Below the pieces are notes generated by a model. That model was not told where the DNA came from. It ran no database searches and saw only the letters and a list, made by a program, of their open reading frames with translations. Both the position numbers and the translations under genes were made by a program. DNA of 64,000 nucleotides from Eledone cirrhosa. Its lineage: Eukaryota. Of the stretch, positions 13,001 through 25,459 are shown one piece after another (the stretch's first letter is position 1; the number at the start of each line of letters is the position of its first letter). Location: positions 127,162,001 through 127,226,000 of the forward strand of contig OZ024744.1 of the NCBI GenBank assembly GCA_964016885.1. Reading direction: 5' to 3'.

Positions 13001-16000
13001 AGTTGGGGGTAAGTTAAGTTGGGGTTAAGTTAAGTTGGGGGTAAGTTAAGTTGGGGGTAAGTTAAGTTGAGGGTAAGTTAAGTTGGGGTTAAGTTAAGTT
13101 AGGGTTAAATTGAGTTGGGGGTAAGTTAAGTTGGGGGTAAGTTAAGTTGGGGTTAAGTTAAGTTGGGGTTAAGTTAAGTTGGGGTTAAGTTAAGGTGGGG
13201 GTAAGTTAAGTTGGGGTTAAGTTAATTTGCGGTTAAGTTAGGTTGTGGGTTAAGTTAAGTTGGGGTTAAGTTAAGCTGGGGTTAAGTTGGGGTAAGTTAA
13301 GTTGGGGTTAAGTTGAGTTGGGGTTAAGTTAAGTTGGTGTTAAGTTAAGTTGGGGGTAAGTTAAGTTGGGGTTAAGTTAAGTTGGGGTTAAGTTAAGTTG
13401 GGGTTAAGTTAAGTTGGGGGTAAGATAAGTTGGGGCTAAGTTAAGTTGGGGCTAAGTCAAGTTGGGGTTAAGTCAAGTTGAGGTTAACTTAAGTTGGGGT
13501 TAAGTTAAGTTGGGGTTAAGTTAAGTTGGGGTTAAGGTAAGTTGGGGTTAAGTTAAGTTGGGGCTAAGTTAAGTTGGGGCTAAGTTAAGTTGGGGCTGAG
13601 TTAAGTTGGGGTTAAGTTGGGTTTGAGTTAATTTGGGGTTAAGTTAAGTTGGGATTAAGTTAAGTTGGGGTTAAGTTAAGTTCGGGTTGAGTTAAGTTGG
13701 GGTTAAGTTAAGTTGGGGTTAATTTAAGTTGGGGTTAAGTTAAGTTGGGGTTAAGATAAGTTGGGGTTAAGTTAAGTTGGGGTTAAGTTAAGTTGGGGTT
13801 GAGTTAATTTGGGGTTAAGTTAAGTTGGGGTTAACTTAAGTTTGGGTTAAGTTAAGTTGGGGTTAAATTAAGTTGGGGGTAAGTTAAGTTGGGTGCAAGT
13901 TGAGTTGGGGTTAAGTTAAGTTGGGGTTAAGTTAAGGTGGGGGTAAGTTAAGTTGGGGTTAAGTTAAGTTGGGGTTAAGTTAAGTTGGGGTTAAGTTAAG
14001 TTGGGTTTAAGTTAAGTTGGGGCTAAGTTAAGTTGGGGCTAAGTTAAGTTGGGGTTAAGTTAAGTTGGGGGTAGGTTAAGTTGGGGTTAAGTTAAGCTGG
14101 GGTTAAGTTGGGGTAAGTTAAGTTAGGGGTAAGTTAAGTTGGGGTTAAGTTATGTTGGGGTTAAGTTAAGTTGGGGTTAAGTTAAGTTGGGGTTAAGTTA
14201 AGTTGGGGTTAAGTTAAGTTGGGGTTAAGTTAAGTTGGGGGTAAGTTAAGTTGGGGTTAAGTTAAGTTGGGGTTAAGTTAAGTTGGGGTTATGTTAAGTT
14301 GGGGTTAAGTTAAGTTGGGGTTAAGTTAAGTTGGGGGTAAGTTAAGTTGGGGTTAAGTTAAGTTGGGGGTAAGTTAAGTAGAGGGTAAGTTAAGTTGGGG
14401 TTAAGTTAAGTTGGGGTTAAATTAAGTTGGGGGTAAGTTAAATTGGGGGTAAGTTAAGTTGGGGTTAAGTTAAGTTGGGGTTAAGTTAAGTTGAGGTTAA
14501 GTTAAGTTGGGGTTAAGTTAAATTGGGGTTAATTTAAGTTGGGGGTAAGATAAGTTGGGGCTAAGTTAAGTTGGGGCTAAGTCAAGTTGGGGTTAAGTCA
14601 AGTTGAGGTTAACTTAAGTTGGGGTTATGTTAAGTTGGGGTTAAGTTGGGGCTAAGTTAAGTTGGGGCTGAGTTAAGTTGGGGTTAAGTTAAGTTGGGGT
14701 TGAGTTAAGTTGGGGTTAAGTTAAGTTGGGATTAAGTTAAGTTGGGGTTAAGTTAAGTTCGGCTTGAGTTAAGTTGGGGTTAAGTTAAGTTGGGGTTAAT
14801 TTATTGTTGGGGTTAAGTTAAGTTGGGGTTAAGATAAGTTGGGGTTCAGTTAAGTTGGGGTTAAGTTAAGTTGGGGTTGAGTTAATTTGGGGTTAAGTTA
14901 AGTTGGGGTTAACTTAAGTTGGGGTTAAGTTGGGGTTAAGTTAAGTTGGGATTAAGTTAAGTTGGGGGTAGGTTAAGTTGGGGGCAAGTTAAGTTGGGGC
15001 TAAGTTAAGTTGGGGCTGAGTTAAGTTGGGGTTAAGTTAAGTTGGGGTTGAGTTAAGTTGAGGTTGAGTTAAGTTGGGGTTATGTTAAGTTAGGGTTGAG
15101 TTAAGTTGGGGTTGAGTTAAGTTGGGGTTGAGTTAAGTTGGGGTTAAGTTAAGTTGGCGTTAAGTTAAGTTGGGGTTAAGTTAAGTTGGGGTTAAGTTAA
15201 TTTGCGGTTAAGTTAGGTTGTGGATTAAGTTAAGTTGGGGTTAAGTTAAGCTGGGGTTAAGTTGGGGTAAGTTAAGTTGGGGTTAAGTTAAGTTGGGGTT
15301 AAGTTAAGTTGGGGTTAAGTTAAGTTGGGGGTAAGTTAAGTTGGGGGCAAGTTAAGTTGGGGTTAAGTTAAGTTGGGGTTAAGTTGGGGTTAAGTTAAGT
15401 TGGGGTTAAGTTAAGTTGGGGTTAAGTTAAGTTAGGGTTAATTTCAGTTGGGGTTATGTTAAGTTGGGGATAAGTTAAGTTGGGGTTAAGTTAAAGTTGG
15501 GGTTAAGTTAAGTTGGGGTTAAGTTAAGTTAGGGTTAATTTCAGTTGGGGTTATGTTAAGTTGGGGTTAAGTTAAGTTGGGGTTAAGTTAAGTTGGAGGT
15601 AAGTTAAGTGGGGTGTAAGTTAAGTTGGGGTTAAGTTAAGTTGGGGTTCAGTTCAGTTGGGGTTATGTTAAGTTGGGGTTAAGTTAAGCTGGGGGTAAGT
15701 TAAGTTGGGTGTAAGTTAAGTTGGGGTTAAGTTAAGTTGGGGTTAAGTTAAGTTGGGGGTTAGTTAAGTTGGGGGCAAGTTAAGTTGGGGTTAATTTAAG
15801 TTGGGGTTAAGTTAAGTTGGGGTTATGTTAAGTTGGGGTTAAGTTAAGTTGGGGTTAAGTTAAGTTGGGGGTAAGTTAAGTTGGGGTTAAGTTAAGTTGG
15901 GGGTAAGTTAAGTTGAGGGTAAGTTAAGTTGGGGTTAAGTTAAGTTGGGGTTAAATTAAGTTGGGGGTAAGTTAAGTTGGGGGTAAGTTAAGTTGGGGTT

Positions 16001-19000
16001 AAGTTAAGTTGGGGTTAAATTAAGTTGAGGTTAAGTTAAGTTGGGGTTAAGTTAAATTGGGGTTAATTTAAGTTGGGGGTAAGATAAGTTGGGGTTAAGT
16101 TAAGTTGGGGTTAAGATAAGTTGGGGTTGAGTTAATTTGGGGGTAGGTTAAGTTGGGGGCAAGTTAAGTTGGGGTTAAGTTAAGTTGGGGTTAAGTTAAG
16201 TTGGGTTTAAGTTAAGTTGGGGCTAAGTTAAGTTGGGGCTAAGTTAAGTTGGGGCTGAGTTAAGTTGGGGTTAAGTTAAGTTGGGGTTGAGTTAAGTTGG
16301 GGTTATGTTAAGTTAGGGTTGAATTAAGTTGGGGTTGAGTTAAGTTGGGGTTGAGTTAAGTTGGGGTTAAGTTAAGTTGGCGTTAAGTTAAGTTGGGGTT
16401 AAGTTAAGTTGGGGTTAAGTTAATTTGCGGTTAAGTTAGGTTGTGGGTTAAGTTAAGTTGGGGTTAAGTTAAGCTGGGGTTAAGTTGGGGTAAGTTAAGT
16501 TGGGGTTAAGTTAAGTTGGGGTTAAGTTAAGTTGGGGTTAAGTTAAGTTGGGGTTAAGTTAAGTTGGGGTTGAGTTAAGTTGGGGTTGAGTTAAGTTGGG
16601 GTTAAGTTAAGTTGGGGTTAAGTTAAGTTGGGGTTAAGTTAAGTTGGGGGTAAGTTAAGTTGGGGTTAAGTTAATTTGCGGTTAAGTTAGGTTGTGGGTT
16701 AAGTTAAGTTGGGGTTATGCTAAGTTGGGGTTAAGTTGGGGTAAGTTAAGTTGGGGTTAAGTTAAGTTGGGGTTAAGTTAAGTTGGGGTTAAATTAAGTT
16801 GGGGTTAAGTTAAGCTGGGGTTATGTTAAGTTGGGGTTAAGTTAAGTTGCGGTTAAGTTAAGTTGGGGTTAAGTTAAGTTGGGGTTAAGTTAAGTTGGGG
16901 TTAAGTTAAGTTGGAGTTAAGTTAAGTTGGGGTTAAGTTAAGTTGGGGGTTAGTTAATTTGGGGGCAAGTTAATTGGTGTTAATTTAAGTTGGGGTTAAG
17001 TTAAGTTGGGGTTATGCTAAGTTGGGGTTAAGTTAAGTTGGGGTTAAGTTAAGTTGGGGGTAAGTTAAGTTGGGGTTAAGTTAAGTTGGGGGTAAGTTAA
17101 GTTGGGGGTAAGTTAAGTTGAGGGTAAGTTAAGTTGGGGTTAAGTTAAGTTGGGGTTAAATTGAGTTGGGGGTAAGTTAAGTTGGGGGTAAGTTAAGTTG
17201 GGGTTAAGTTAAGTTGGGGTTAAATTAAGTTGAGGTTAAGTTAAGTTGTGGTTAAGTTAAGTTGGGGCTAAGTTAAGTTGGGGGTAAGATAAGTTGGGGC
17301 TAAGTTAAGTTGGGGCTAAGTCAAGTTGGGGTTAAGTTAAGTTGGGGTTAAGTTAAGTTGGGGTTAAGGTAAGTTGGGGTTATATTAAGTTGGGGCTAAG
17401 TTAAGTTGGGGCTAAGTTAAGTTGGGGCTGAGTTAAGTTGGGGCTGAGTTAAGTTGGGGTTAAGTTAAGTTGGGGTTGAGTTAAGTTGGGGTTAAGTTAA
17501 GTTGGGATTAAGTTAAGTTCGGCTTGAGTTAAGTTGGGGTTAAGTTAAGTTGGGGTTAATTTAAGTTGGGGTTAAGTTAAGTTGGGGTTAAGATAAGTTG
17601 GGGTTAAGTTAAGTTGGGGTTAAGTTAAGTTGGGGTTGAGTTAATTTGGGGTTAAGTTAAGTTGGGGTTAACTTAAGTTGGGGTTAAGTTGGGGTTAAGT
17701 TAAGTTGGGGTTAAGTTAAGTTGGGGGTAGGTTAAGTTGGGGGCAAGTTAAGTTGGGGTTAAGTTAAGTTGGGGTTAAGTTAAGTTGGGGGTAAGTTAAG
17801 TTGGGTTTAAGTTAAGTTGGGGTTAAGTTAAGTTGGGTTTAAGTTAAGTTGGGGCTAAGTTAAGTTGGGGCTAAGTTAAGTTGGGGCTGAGTTAAGTTGG
17901 GGTTAAGTTAAGTTGGGGTTGAGTTAAGTTGGGGTTATGTTAAGTTAGGGTTGAGTTAAGTTGGGGTTGAGTTAAGTTGGGGTTGAGTTAAGTAGGGGTT
18001 AAGTTAAGTTGGCGTTAAGTTAAGTTTGGGTTAAGTTAAGTTGGGGTCAAGTTAATTTGCGGTTAAGTTAGGTTGTGGGTTAAGTTAAGTTGGGGTTAAG
18101 TTAAGCTGGGGTTAAGTTGGGGTAAGTTAAGTTGGGGGTAAATTAAGTTGGGGTTAAGTTAAGTTGGGGTTAAGTTAAGTTGGGGTTGAGTTAAGTTGGG
18201 GTTGAGTTAAGTTGGGGTTGAGTTAAGTTGGGGTTGAGTTAAGTTGGGGTTAAGTTAAGTTGGGGTTAAGTTAAGTTGGGGGTAAGTTAAGTTGGGGTTA
18301 AGTTAAGTTGGGGTTAAGTTAAGTTGGGGTTAAGTTAAGTTGGGGTTTAGTTAAGTTGGGGGTTAGTTAAGTTGGGGGCAAGTTAAGTTGGGGTTAATTT
18401 AAGTTGGGGTTAAGTTAAGTTGGGGTTATGTTAAGTTGGGGTTAAGTTAAGTTGGGGTTAAGTTAAGTTGGGGGTAAGTTAAGTTGGGTGTAAGTTAAGT
18501 TGGGGTTAAGTTAAGTTGGGGTTAAGTTAAGTTGGGGGTTAGTTAAGTTGGGGGCAAGTTAAGTTGGGGTTATGTTAAGTTGGGGTTAAGTTAAGTTGGG
18601 GTTAAGTTAAGTTGGGGGTAAGTTAAGTTGGGGTTAAGTTAAGTTGGGGGTAAGTTAAGTTGAGGGTAAGTTAAGTTGGGGTTAAGTTAAGTTGGGGTTA
18701 AATTAAGTTGGGGGTAAGTTAAGTTGGGGTTAAGTTAAATTGGGGTTAATTTAAGTTGGGGGTAAGATAAGTTGGGGTTAAGTTAAGTTGGGGTTAAGAT
18801 AAGTTGGGGTTAAGTTAAGTTGGGGTTAAGTTAAGTTGGGGTTAAGTTAAGTTGGGGTTAATTTGGGGTTAAGTTAAGTTGGGGTTAAGTTAATTTGGGG
18901 GTAGGTTAAGTTGGGGGCAATTTAAGTTGGGGTTAAGTTAAGTTGGGGTTAAGTTAAGTTGGGGTTATGCTAAGTTGGGGTTAAGTTAAGTTGGGGTTAA

Positions 19001-22000
19001 GTTAAGTTGGGGGTAAGTTAAGTTGGGGTTAAGTTAAGTTGGGGGTAAGTTAAGTTGGGGGTAAGTTAAGTTGAGGGTAAGTTAAGTTGGGGTTAAGTTA
19101 AGTTAGGGTTAAATTGAGTTGGGGGTAAGTTAAGTTGGGGGTAAGTTAAGTTGGGGTTAAGTTAAGTTGGGGTTAAGTTAAGTTGGGGTTAAGTTAAGGT
19201 GGGGGTAAGTTAAGTTGGGGTTAAGTTAATTTGCGGTTAAGTTAGGTTGTGGGTTAAGTTAAGTTGGGGTTAAGTTAAGCTGGGGTTAAGTTGGGGTAAG
19301 TTAAGTTGGGGTTAAGTTGAGTTGGGGTTAAGTTAAGTTGGTGTTAAGTTAAGTTGGGGGTAAGTTAAGTTGGGGTTAAGTTAAGTTGGGGTTAAGTTAA
19401 GTTGGGGTTAAGTTAAGTTGGGGGTAAGATAAGTTGGGGCTAAGTTAAGTTGGGGCTAAGTCAAGTTGGGGTTAAGTCAAGTTGAGGTTAACTTAAGTTG
19501 GGGTTAAGTTAAGTTGGGGTTAAGTTAAGTTGGGGTTAAGGTAAGTTGGGGTTAAGTTAAGTTGGGGCTAAGTTAAGTTGGGGCTAAGTTAAGTTGGGGC
19601 TGAGTTAAGTTGGGGTTAAGTTGGGTTTGAGTTAATTTGGGGTTAAGTTAAGTTGGGATTAAGTTAAGTTGGGGTTAAGTTAAGTTCGGGTTGAGTTAAG
19701 TTGGGGTTAAGTTAAGTTGGGGTTAATTTAAGTTGGGGTTAAGTTAAGTTGGGGTTAAGATAAGTTGGGGTTAAGTTAAGTTGGGGTTAAGTTAAGTTGG
19801 GGTTGAGTTAATTTGGGGTTAAGTTAAGTTGGGGTTAACTTAAGTTTGGGTTAAGTTAAGTTGGGGTTAAATTAAGTTGGGGGTAAGTTAAGTTGGGTGC
19901 AAGTTGAGTTGGGGTTAAGTTAAGTTGGGGTTAAGTTAAGGTGGGGGTAAGTTAAGTTGGGGTTAAGTTAAGTTGGGGTTAAGTTAAGTTGGGGTTAAGT
20001 TAAGTTGGGTTTAAGTTAAGTTGGGGCTAAGTTAAGTTGGGGCTAAGTTAAGTTGGGGTTAAGTTAAGTTGGGGGTAGGTTAAGTTGGGGTTAAGTTAAG
20101 CTGGGGTTAAGTTGGGGTAAGTTAAGTTAGGGGTAAGTTAAGTTGGGGTTAAGTTATGTTGGGGTTAAGTTAAGTTGGGGTTAAGTTAAGTTGGGGTTAA
20201 GTTAAGTTGGGGTTAAGTTAAGTTGGGGTTAAGTTAAGTTGGGGGTAAGTTAAGTTGGGGTTAAGTTAAGTTGGGGTTAAGTTAAGTTGGGGTTATGTTA
20301 AGTTGGGGTTAAGTTAAGTTGGGGTTAAGTTAAGTTGGGGGTAAGTTAAGTTGGGGTTAAGTTAAGTTGGGGGTAAGTTAAGTAGAGGGTAAGTTAAGTT
20401 GGGGTTAAGTTAAGTTGGGGTTAAATTAAGTTGGGGGTAAGTTAAATTGGGGGTAAGTTAAGTTGGGGTTAAGTTAAGTTGGGGTTAAGTTAAGTTGAGG
20501 TTAAGTTAAGTTGGGGTTAAGTTAAATTGGGGTTAATTTAAGTTGGGGGTAAGATAAGTTGGGGCTAAGTTAAGTTGGGGCTAAGTCAAGTTGGGGTTAA
20601 GTCAAGTTGAGGTTAACTTAAGTTGGGGTTATGTTAAGTTGGGGTTAAGTTGGGGCTAAGTTAAGTTGGGGCTGAGTTAAGTTGGGGTTAAGTTAAGTTG
20701 GGGTTGAGTTAAGTTGGGGTTAAGTTAAGTTGGGATTAAGTTAAGTTGGGGTTAAGTTAAGTTCGGCTTGAGTTAAGTTGGGGTTAAGTTAAGTTGGGGT
20801 TAATTTATTGTTGGGGTTAAGTTAAGTTGGGGTTAAGATAAGTTGGGGTTCAGTTAAGTTGGGGTTAAGTTAAGTTGGGGTTGAGTTAATTTGGGGTTAA
20901 GTTAAGTTGGGGTTAACTTAAGTTGGGGTTAAGTTGGGGTTAAGTTAAGTTGGGATTAAGTTAAGTTGGGGGTAGGTTAAGTTGGGGGCAAGTTAAGTTG
21001 GGGCTAAGTTAAGTTGGGGCTGAGTTAAGTTGGGGTTAAGTTAAGTTGGGGTTGAGTTAAGTTGAGGTTGAGTTAAGTTGGGGTTATGTTAAGTTAGGGT
21101 TGAGTTAAGTTGGGGTTGAGTTAAGTTGGGGTTGAGTTAAGTTGGGGTTAAGTTAAGTTGGCGTTAAGTTAAGTTGGGGTTAAGTTAAGTTGGGGTTAAG
21201 TTAATTTGCGGTTAAGTTAGGTTGTGGATTAAGTTAAGTTGGGGTTAAGTTAAGCTGGGGTTAAGTTGGGGTAAGTTAAGTTGGGGTTAAGTTAAGTTGG
21301 GGTTAAGTTAAGTTGGGGTTAAGTTAAGTTGGGGGTAAGTTAAGTTGGGGGCAAGTTAAGTTGGGGTTAAGTTAAGTTGGGGTTAAGTTGGGGTTAAGTT
21401 AAGTTGGGGTTAAGTTAAGTTGGGGTTAAGTTAAGTTAGGGTTAATTTCAGTTGGGGTTATGTTAAGTTGGGGATAAGTTAAGTTGGGGTTAAGTTAAAG
21501 TTGGGGTTAAGTTAAGTTGGGGTTAAGTTAAGTTAGGGTTAATTTCAGTTGGGGTTATGTTAAGTTGGGGTTAAGTTAAGTTGGGGTTAAGTTAAGTTGG
21601 AGGTAAGTTAAGTGGGGTGTAAGTTAAGTTGGGGTTAAGTTAAGTTGGGGTTCAGTTCAGTTGGGGTTATGTTAAGTTGGGGTTAAGTTAAGCTGGGGGT
21701 AAGTTAAGTTGGGTGTAAGTTAAGTTGGGGTTAAGTTAAGTTGGGGTTAAGTTAAGTTGGGGGTTAGTTAAGTTGGGGGCAAGTTAAGTTGGGGTTAATT
21801 TAAGTTGGGGTTAAGTTAAGTTGGGGTTATGTTAAGTTGGGGTTAAGTTAAGTTGGGGTTAAGTTAAGTTGGGGGTAAGTTAAGTTGGGGTTAAGTTAAG
21901 TTGGGGGTAAGTTAAGTTGAGGGTAAGTTAAGTTGGGGTTAAGTTAAGTTGGGGTTAAATTAAGTTGGGGGTAAGTTAAGTTGGGGGTAAGTTAAGTTGG

Positions 22001-23250
22001 GGTTAAGTTAAGTTGGGGTTAAATTAAGTTGAGGTTAAGTTAAGTTGGGGTTAAGTTAAATTGGGGTTAATTTAAGTTGGGGGTAAGATAAGTTGGGGTT
22101 AAGTTAAGTTGGGGTTAAGATAAGTTGGGGTTGAGTTAATTTGGGGGTAGGTTAAGTTGGGGGCAAGTTAAGTTGGGGTTAAGTTAAGTTGGGGTTAAGT
22201 TAAGTTGGGTTTAAGTTAAGTTGGGGCTAAGTTAAGTTGGGGCTAAGTTAAGTTGGGGCTGAGTTAAGTTGGGGTTAAGTTAAGTTGGGGTTGAGTTAAG
22301 TTGGGGTTATGTTAAGTTAGGGTTGAATTAAGTTGGGGTTGAGTTAAGTTGGGGTTGAGTTAAGTTGGGGTTAAGTTAAGTTGGCGTTAAGTTAAGTTGG
22401 GGTTAAGTTAAGTTGGGGTTAAGTTAATTTGCGGTTAAGTTAGGTTGTGGGTTAAGTTAAGTTGGGGTTAAGTTAAGCTGGGGTTAAGTTGGGGTAAGTT
22501 AAGTTGGGGTTAAGTTAAGTTGGGGTTAAGTTAAGTTGGGGTTAAGTTAAGTTGGGGTTAAGTTAAGTTGGGGTTGAGTTAAGTTGGGGTTGAGTTAAGT
22601 TGGGGTTAAGTTAAGTTGGGGTTAAGTTAAGTTGGGGTTAAGTTAAGTTGGGGGTAAGTTAAGTTGGGGTTAAGTTAATTTGCGGTTAAGTTAGGTTGTG
22701 GGTTAAGTTAAGTTGGGGTTAAGTTAAGCTGGGGTTAAGTTGGGGTAAGTTAAGTTGGGGTTAAGTTAAGTTGGGGTTAAGTTAAGTTGGGGTTAAATTA
22801 AGTTGGGGTTAAGTTAAGTTGGGGTTATGTTAAGTTGGGGTTAAGTTAAGTTGCGGTTAAGTTAAGTTGGGGTTAAGTTAAGTTGGGGTTAAGTTAAGTT
22901 GGGGTTAAGTTAAGTTGGAGTTAAGTTAAGTTGGGGTTAAGTTAAGTTGGGGGTTAGTTAATTTGGGGGCAAGTTAATTGGTGTTAATTTAAGTTGGGGT
23001 TAAGTTAAGTTGGGGTTATGCTAAGTTGGGGTTAAGTTAAGTTGGGGTTAAGTTAAGTTGGGGGTAAGTTAAGTTGGGGTTAAGTTAAGTTGGGGGTAAG
23101 TTAAGTTGGGGGTAAGTTAAGTTGAGGGTAAGTTAAGTTGGGGTTAAGTTAAGTTGGGGTTAAATTGAGTTGGGGGTAAGTTAAGTTGGGGGTAAGTTAA
23201 GTTGGGGTTAAGTTAAGTTGGGGTTAAATTAAGTTGAGGTTAAGTTAAGT
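7056..23250 (+). repeat. About 2.7 tandem copies of a shortened type A unit (periods 6036 and 6004 bp)
   Basis: AGTAGAGGGT at 8341/14377/20381; TAATTTATTG at 8761/14797/20801; AAGGT at 7156/13192/19196. All three give offsets of 6036 then 6004. Confidence 0.92.
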
Positions 23251-25459
23251 TGGGGTTGAGTTAAGTTGGGGTTAAGTTAAGTTGGGATTAAGTTAAGTTG
23301 GGGTTAAGTTAAGTTCGGCTTGAGTTAAGTTGGGGTTAAGTTAAGTTGGGGTTAATTTAAGTTGGGGTTAAGTTAAGTTGGGGTTAAGATAAGTTGGGGT
23401 TAAGTTAAGTTGGGGTTAAGTTAAGTTGGGGTTGAGTTAATTTGGGGTTAAGTTAAGTTGGGGTTAACTTAAGTTGGGGTTAAGTTGGGGTTAAGTTAAG
23501 TTGGGGTTAAGTTAAGTTGGGGGTAGGTTAAGTTGGGGGCAAGTTAAGTTGGGGTTAAGTTAAGTTGGGGTTAAGTTAAGTTGGGGGTAAGTTAAGTTGG
23601 GTTTAAGTTAAGTTGGGGTTAAGTTAAGTTGGGTTTAAGTTAAGTTGGGGCTAAGTTAAGTTGGGGCTAAGTTAAGTTGGGGCTGAGTTAAGTTGGGGTT
23701 AAGTTAAGTTGGGGTTGAGTTAAGTTGGGGTTATGTTAAGTTAGGGTTGAGTTAAGTTGGGGTTGAGTTAAGTTGGGGTTGAGTTAAGTAGGGGTTAAGT
23801 TAAGTTGGCGTTAAGTTAAGTTTGGGTTAAGTTAAGTTGGGGTCAAGTTAATTTGCGGTTAAGTTAGGTTGTGGGTTAAGTTAAGTTGGGGTTAAGTTAA
23901 GCTGGGGTTAAGTTGGGGTAAGTTAAGTTGGGGGTAAATTAAGTTGGGGTTAAGTTAAGTTGGGGTTAAGTTAAGTTGGGGTTGAGTTAAGTTGGGGTTG
24001 AGTTAAGTTGGGGTTGAGTTAAGTTGGGGTTGAGTTAAGTTGGGGTTAAGTTAAGTTGGGGTTAAGTTAAGTTGGGGGTAAGTTAAGTTGGGGTTAAGTT
24101 AAGTTGGGGTTAAGTTAAGTTGGGGTTAAGTTAAGTTGGGGTTTAGTTAAGTTGGGGGTTAGTTAAGTTGGGGGCAAGTTAAGTTGGGGTTAATTTAAGT
24201 TGGGGTTAAGTTAAGTTGGGGTTATGTTAAGTTGGGGTTAAGTTAAGTTGGGGTTAAGTTAAGTTGGGGGTAAGTTAAGTTGGGTGTAAGTTAAGTTGGG
24301 GTTAAGTTAAGTTGGGGTTAAGTTAAGTTGGGGGTTAGTTAAGTTGGGGGCAAGTTAAGTTGGGGTTATGTTAAGTTGGGGTTAAGTTAAGTTGGGGTTA
24401 AGTTAAGTTGGGGGTAAGTTAAGTTGGGGTTAAGTTAAGTTGGGGGTAAGTTAAGTTGAGGGTAAGTTAAGTTGGGGTTAAGTTAAGTTGGGGTTAAATT
24501 AAGTTGGGGGTAAGTTAAGTTGGGGTTAAGTTAAATTGGGGTTAATTTAAGTTGGGGGTAAGATAAGTTGGGGTTAAGTTAAGTTGGGGTTAAGATAAGT
24601 TGGGGTTAAGTTAAGTTGGGGTTAAGTTAAGTTGGGGTTAAGTTAAGTTGGGGTTAATTTGGGGTTAAGTTAAGTTGGGGTTAAGTTAATTTGGGGGTAG
24701 GTTAAGTTGGGGGCAATTTAAGTTGGGGTTAAGTTAAGTTGGGGTTAAGTTAAGTTGGGTTTAAGTTAAGTTGGGGCTAAGTTAAGTTGGGGCTAAGTTA
24801 AGTTGGGGCTGAGTTAAGTTGGGGTTAAGTTAAGTTGGGGTTGAGTTAAGTTGGGGTTATGTTAAGTTAGGGTTGAGTTAAGTTGGGGTTGAGTTAAGTT
24901 GGGGTTGAGTTAAGTTGGGGTTAAGTTAAGTTGGCGTTAAGTTAAGTTGGGGTTAAGTTAAGTTGGGGTTAAGTTAATTTGCGGTTAAGTTAGGTTGTGG
25001 GTTAAGTTAAGTTGGGGTTAAGTTAAGCTGGGGTTAAGTTGGGGTAAGTTAAGTTGGGGTTAAGTTAAGTTGGGGTTAAGTTAAGTTGGGGTTAAGTTAA
25101 GTTGGGGTTAAGTTAAGTTGGGGTTGAGTTAAGTTGGGGTTGAGTTAAGTTGGGGTTAAGTTAAGTTGGGGTTAAGTTAAGTTGGGGTTAAGTTAAGTTG
25201 GGGGTAAGTTAAGTTGGGGTTAAGTTAATTTGCGGTTAAGTTAGGTTGTGGGTTAAGTTAAGTTGGGGTTAAGTTAAGCTGGGGTTAAGTTGGGGTAAGT
25301 TAAGTTGGGGTTAAGTTAAGTTGGGGTTAAGTTAAGTTGGGGTTAAATTAAGTTGGGGTTAAGTTAAGTTGGGGTTATGTTAAGTTGGGGTTAAGTTAAG
25401 TTGCGGTTAAGTTAAGTTGGGGTTAAGTTAAGTTGGGGTTAAGTTAAGTTGGGGTTAAG

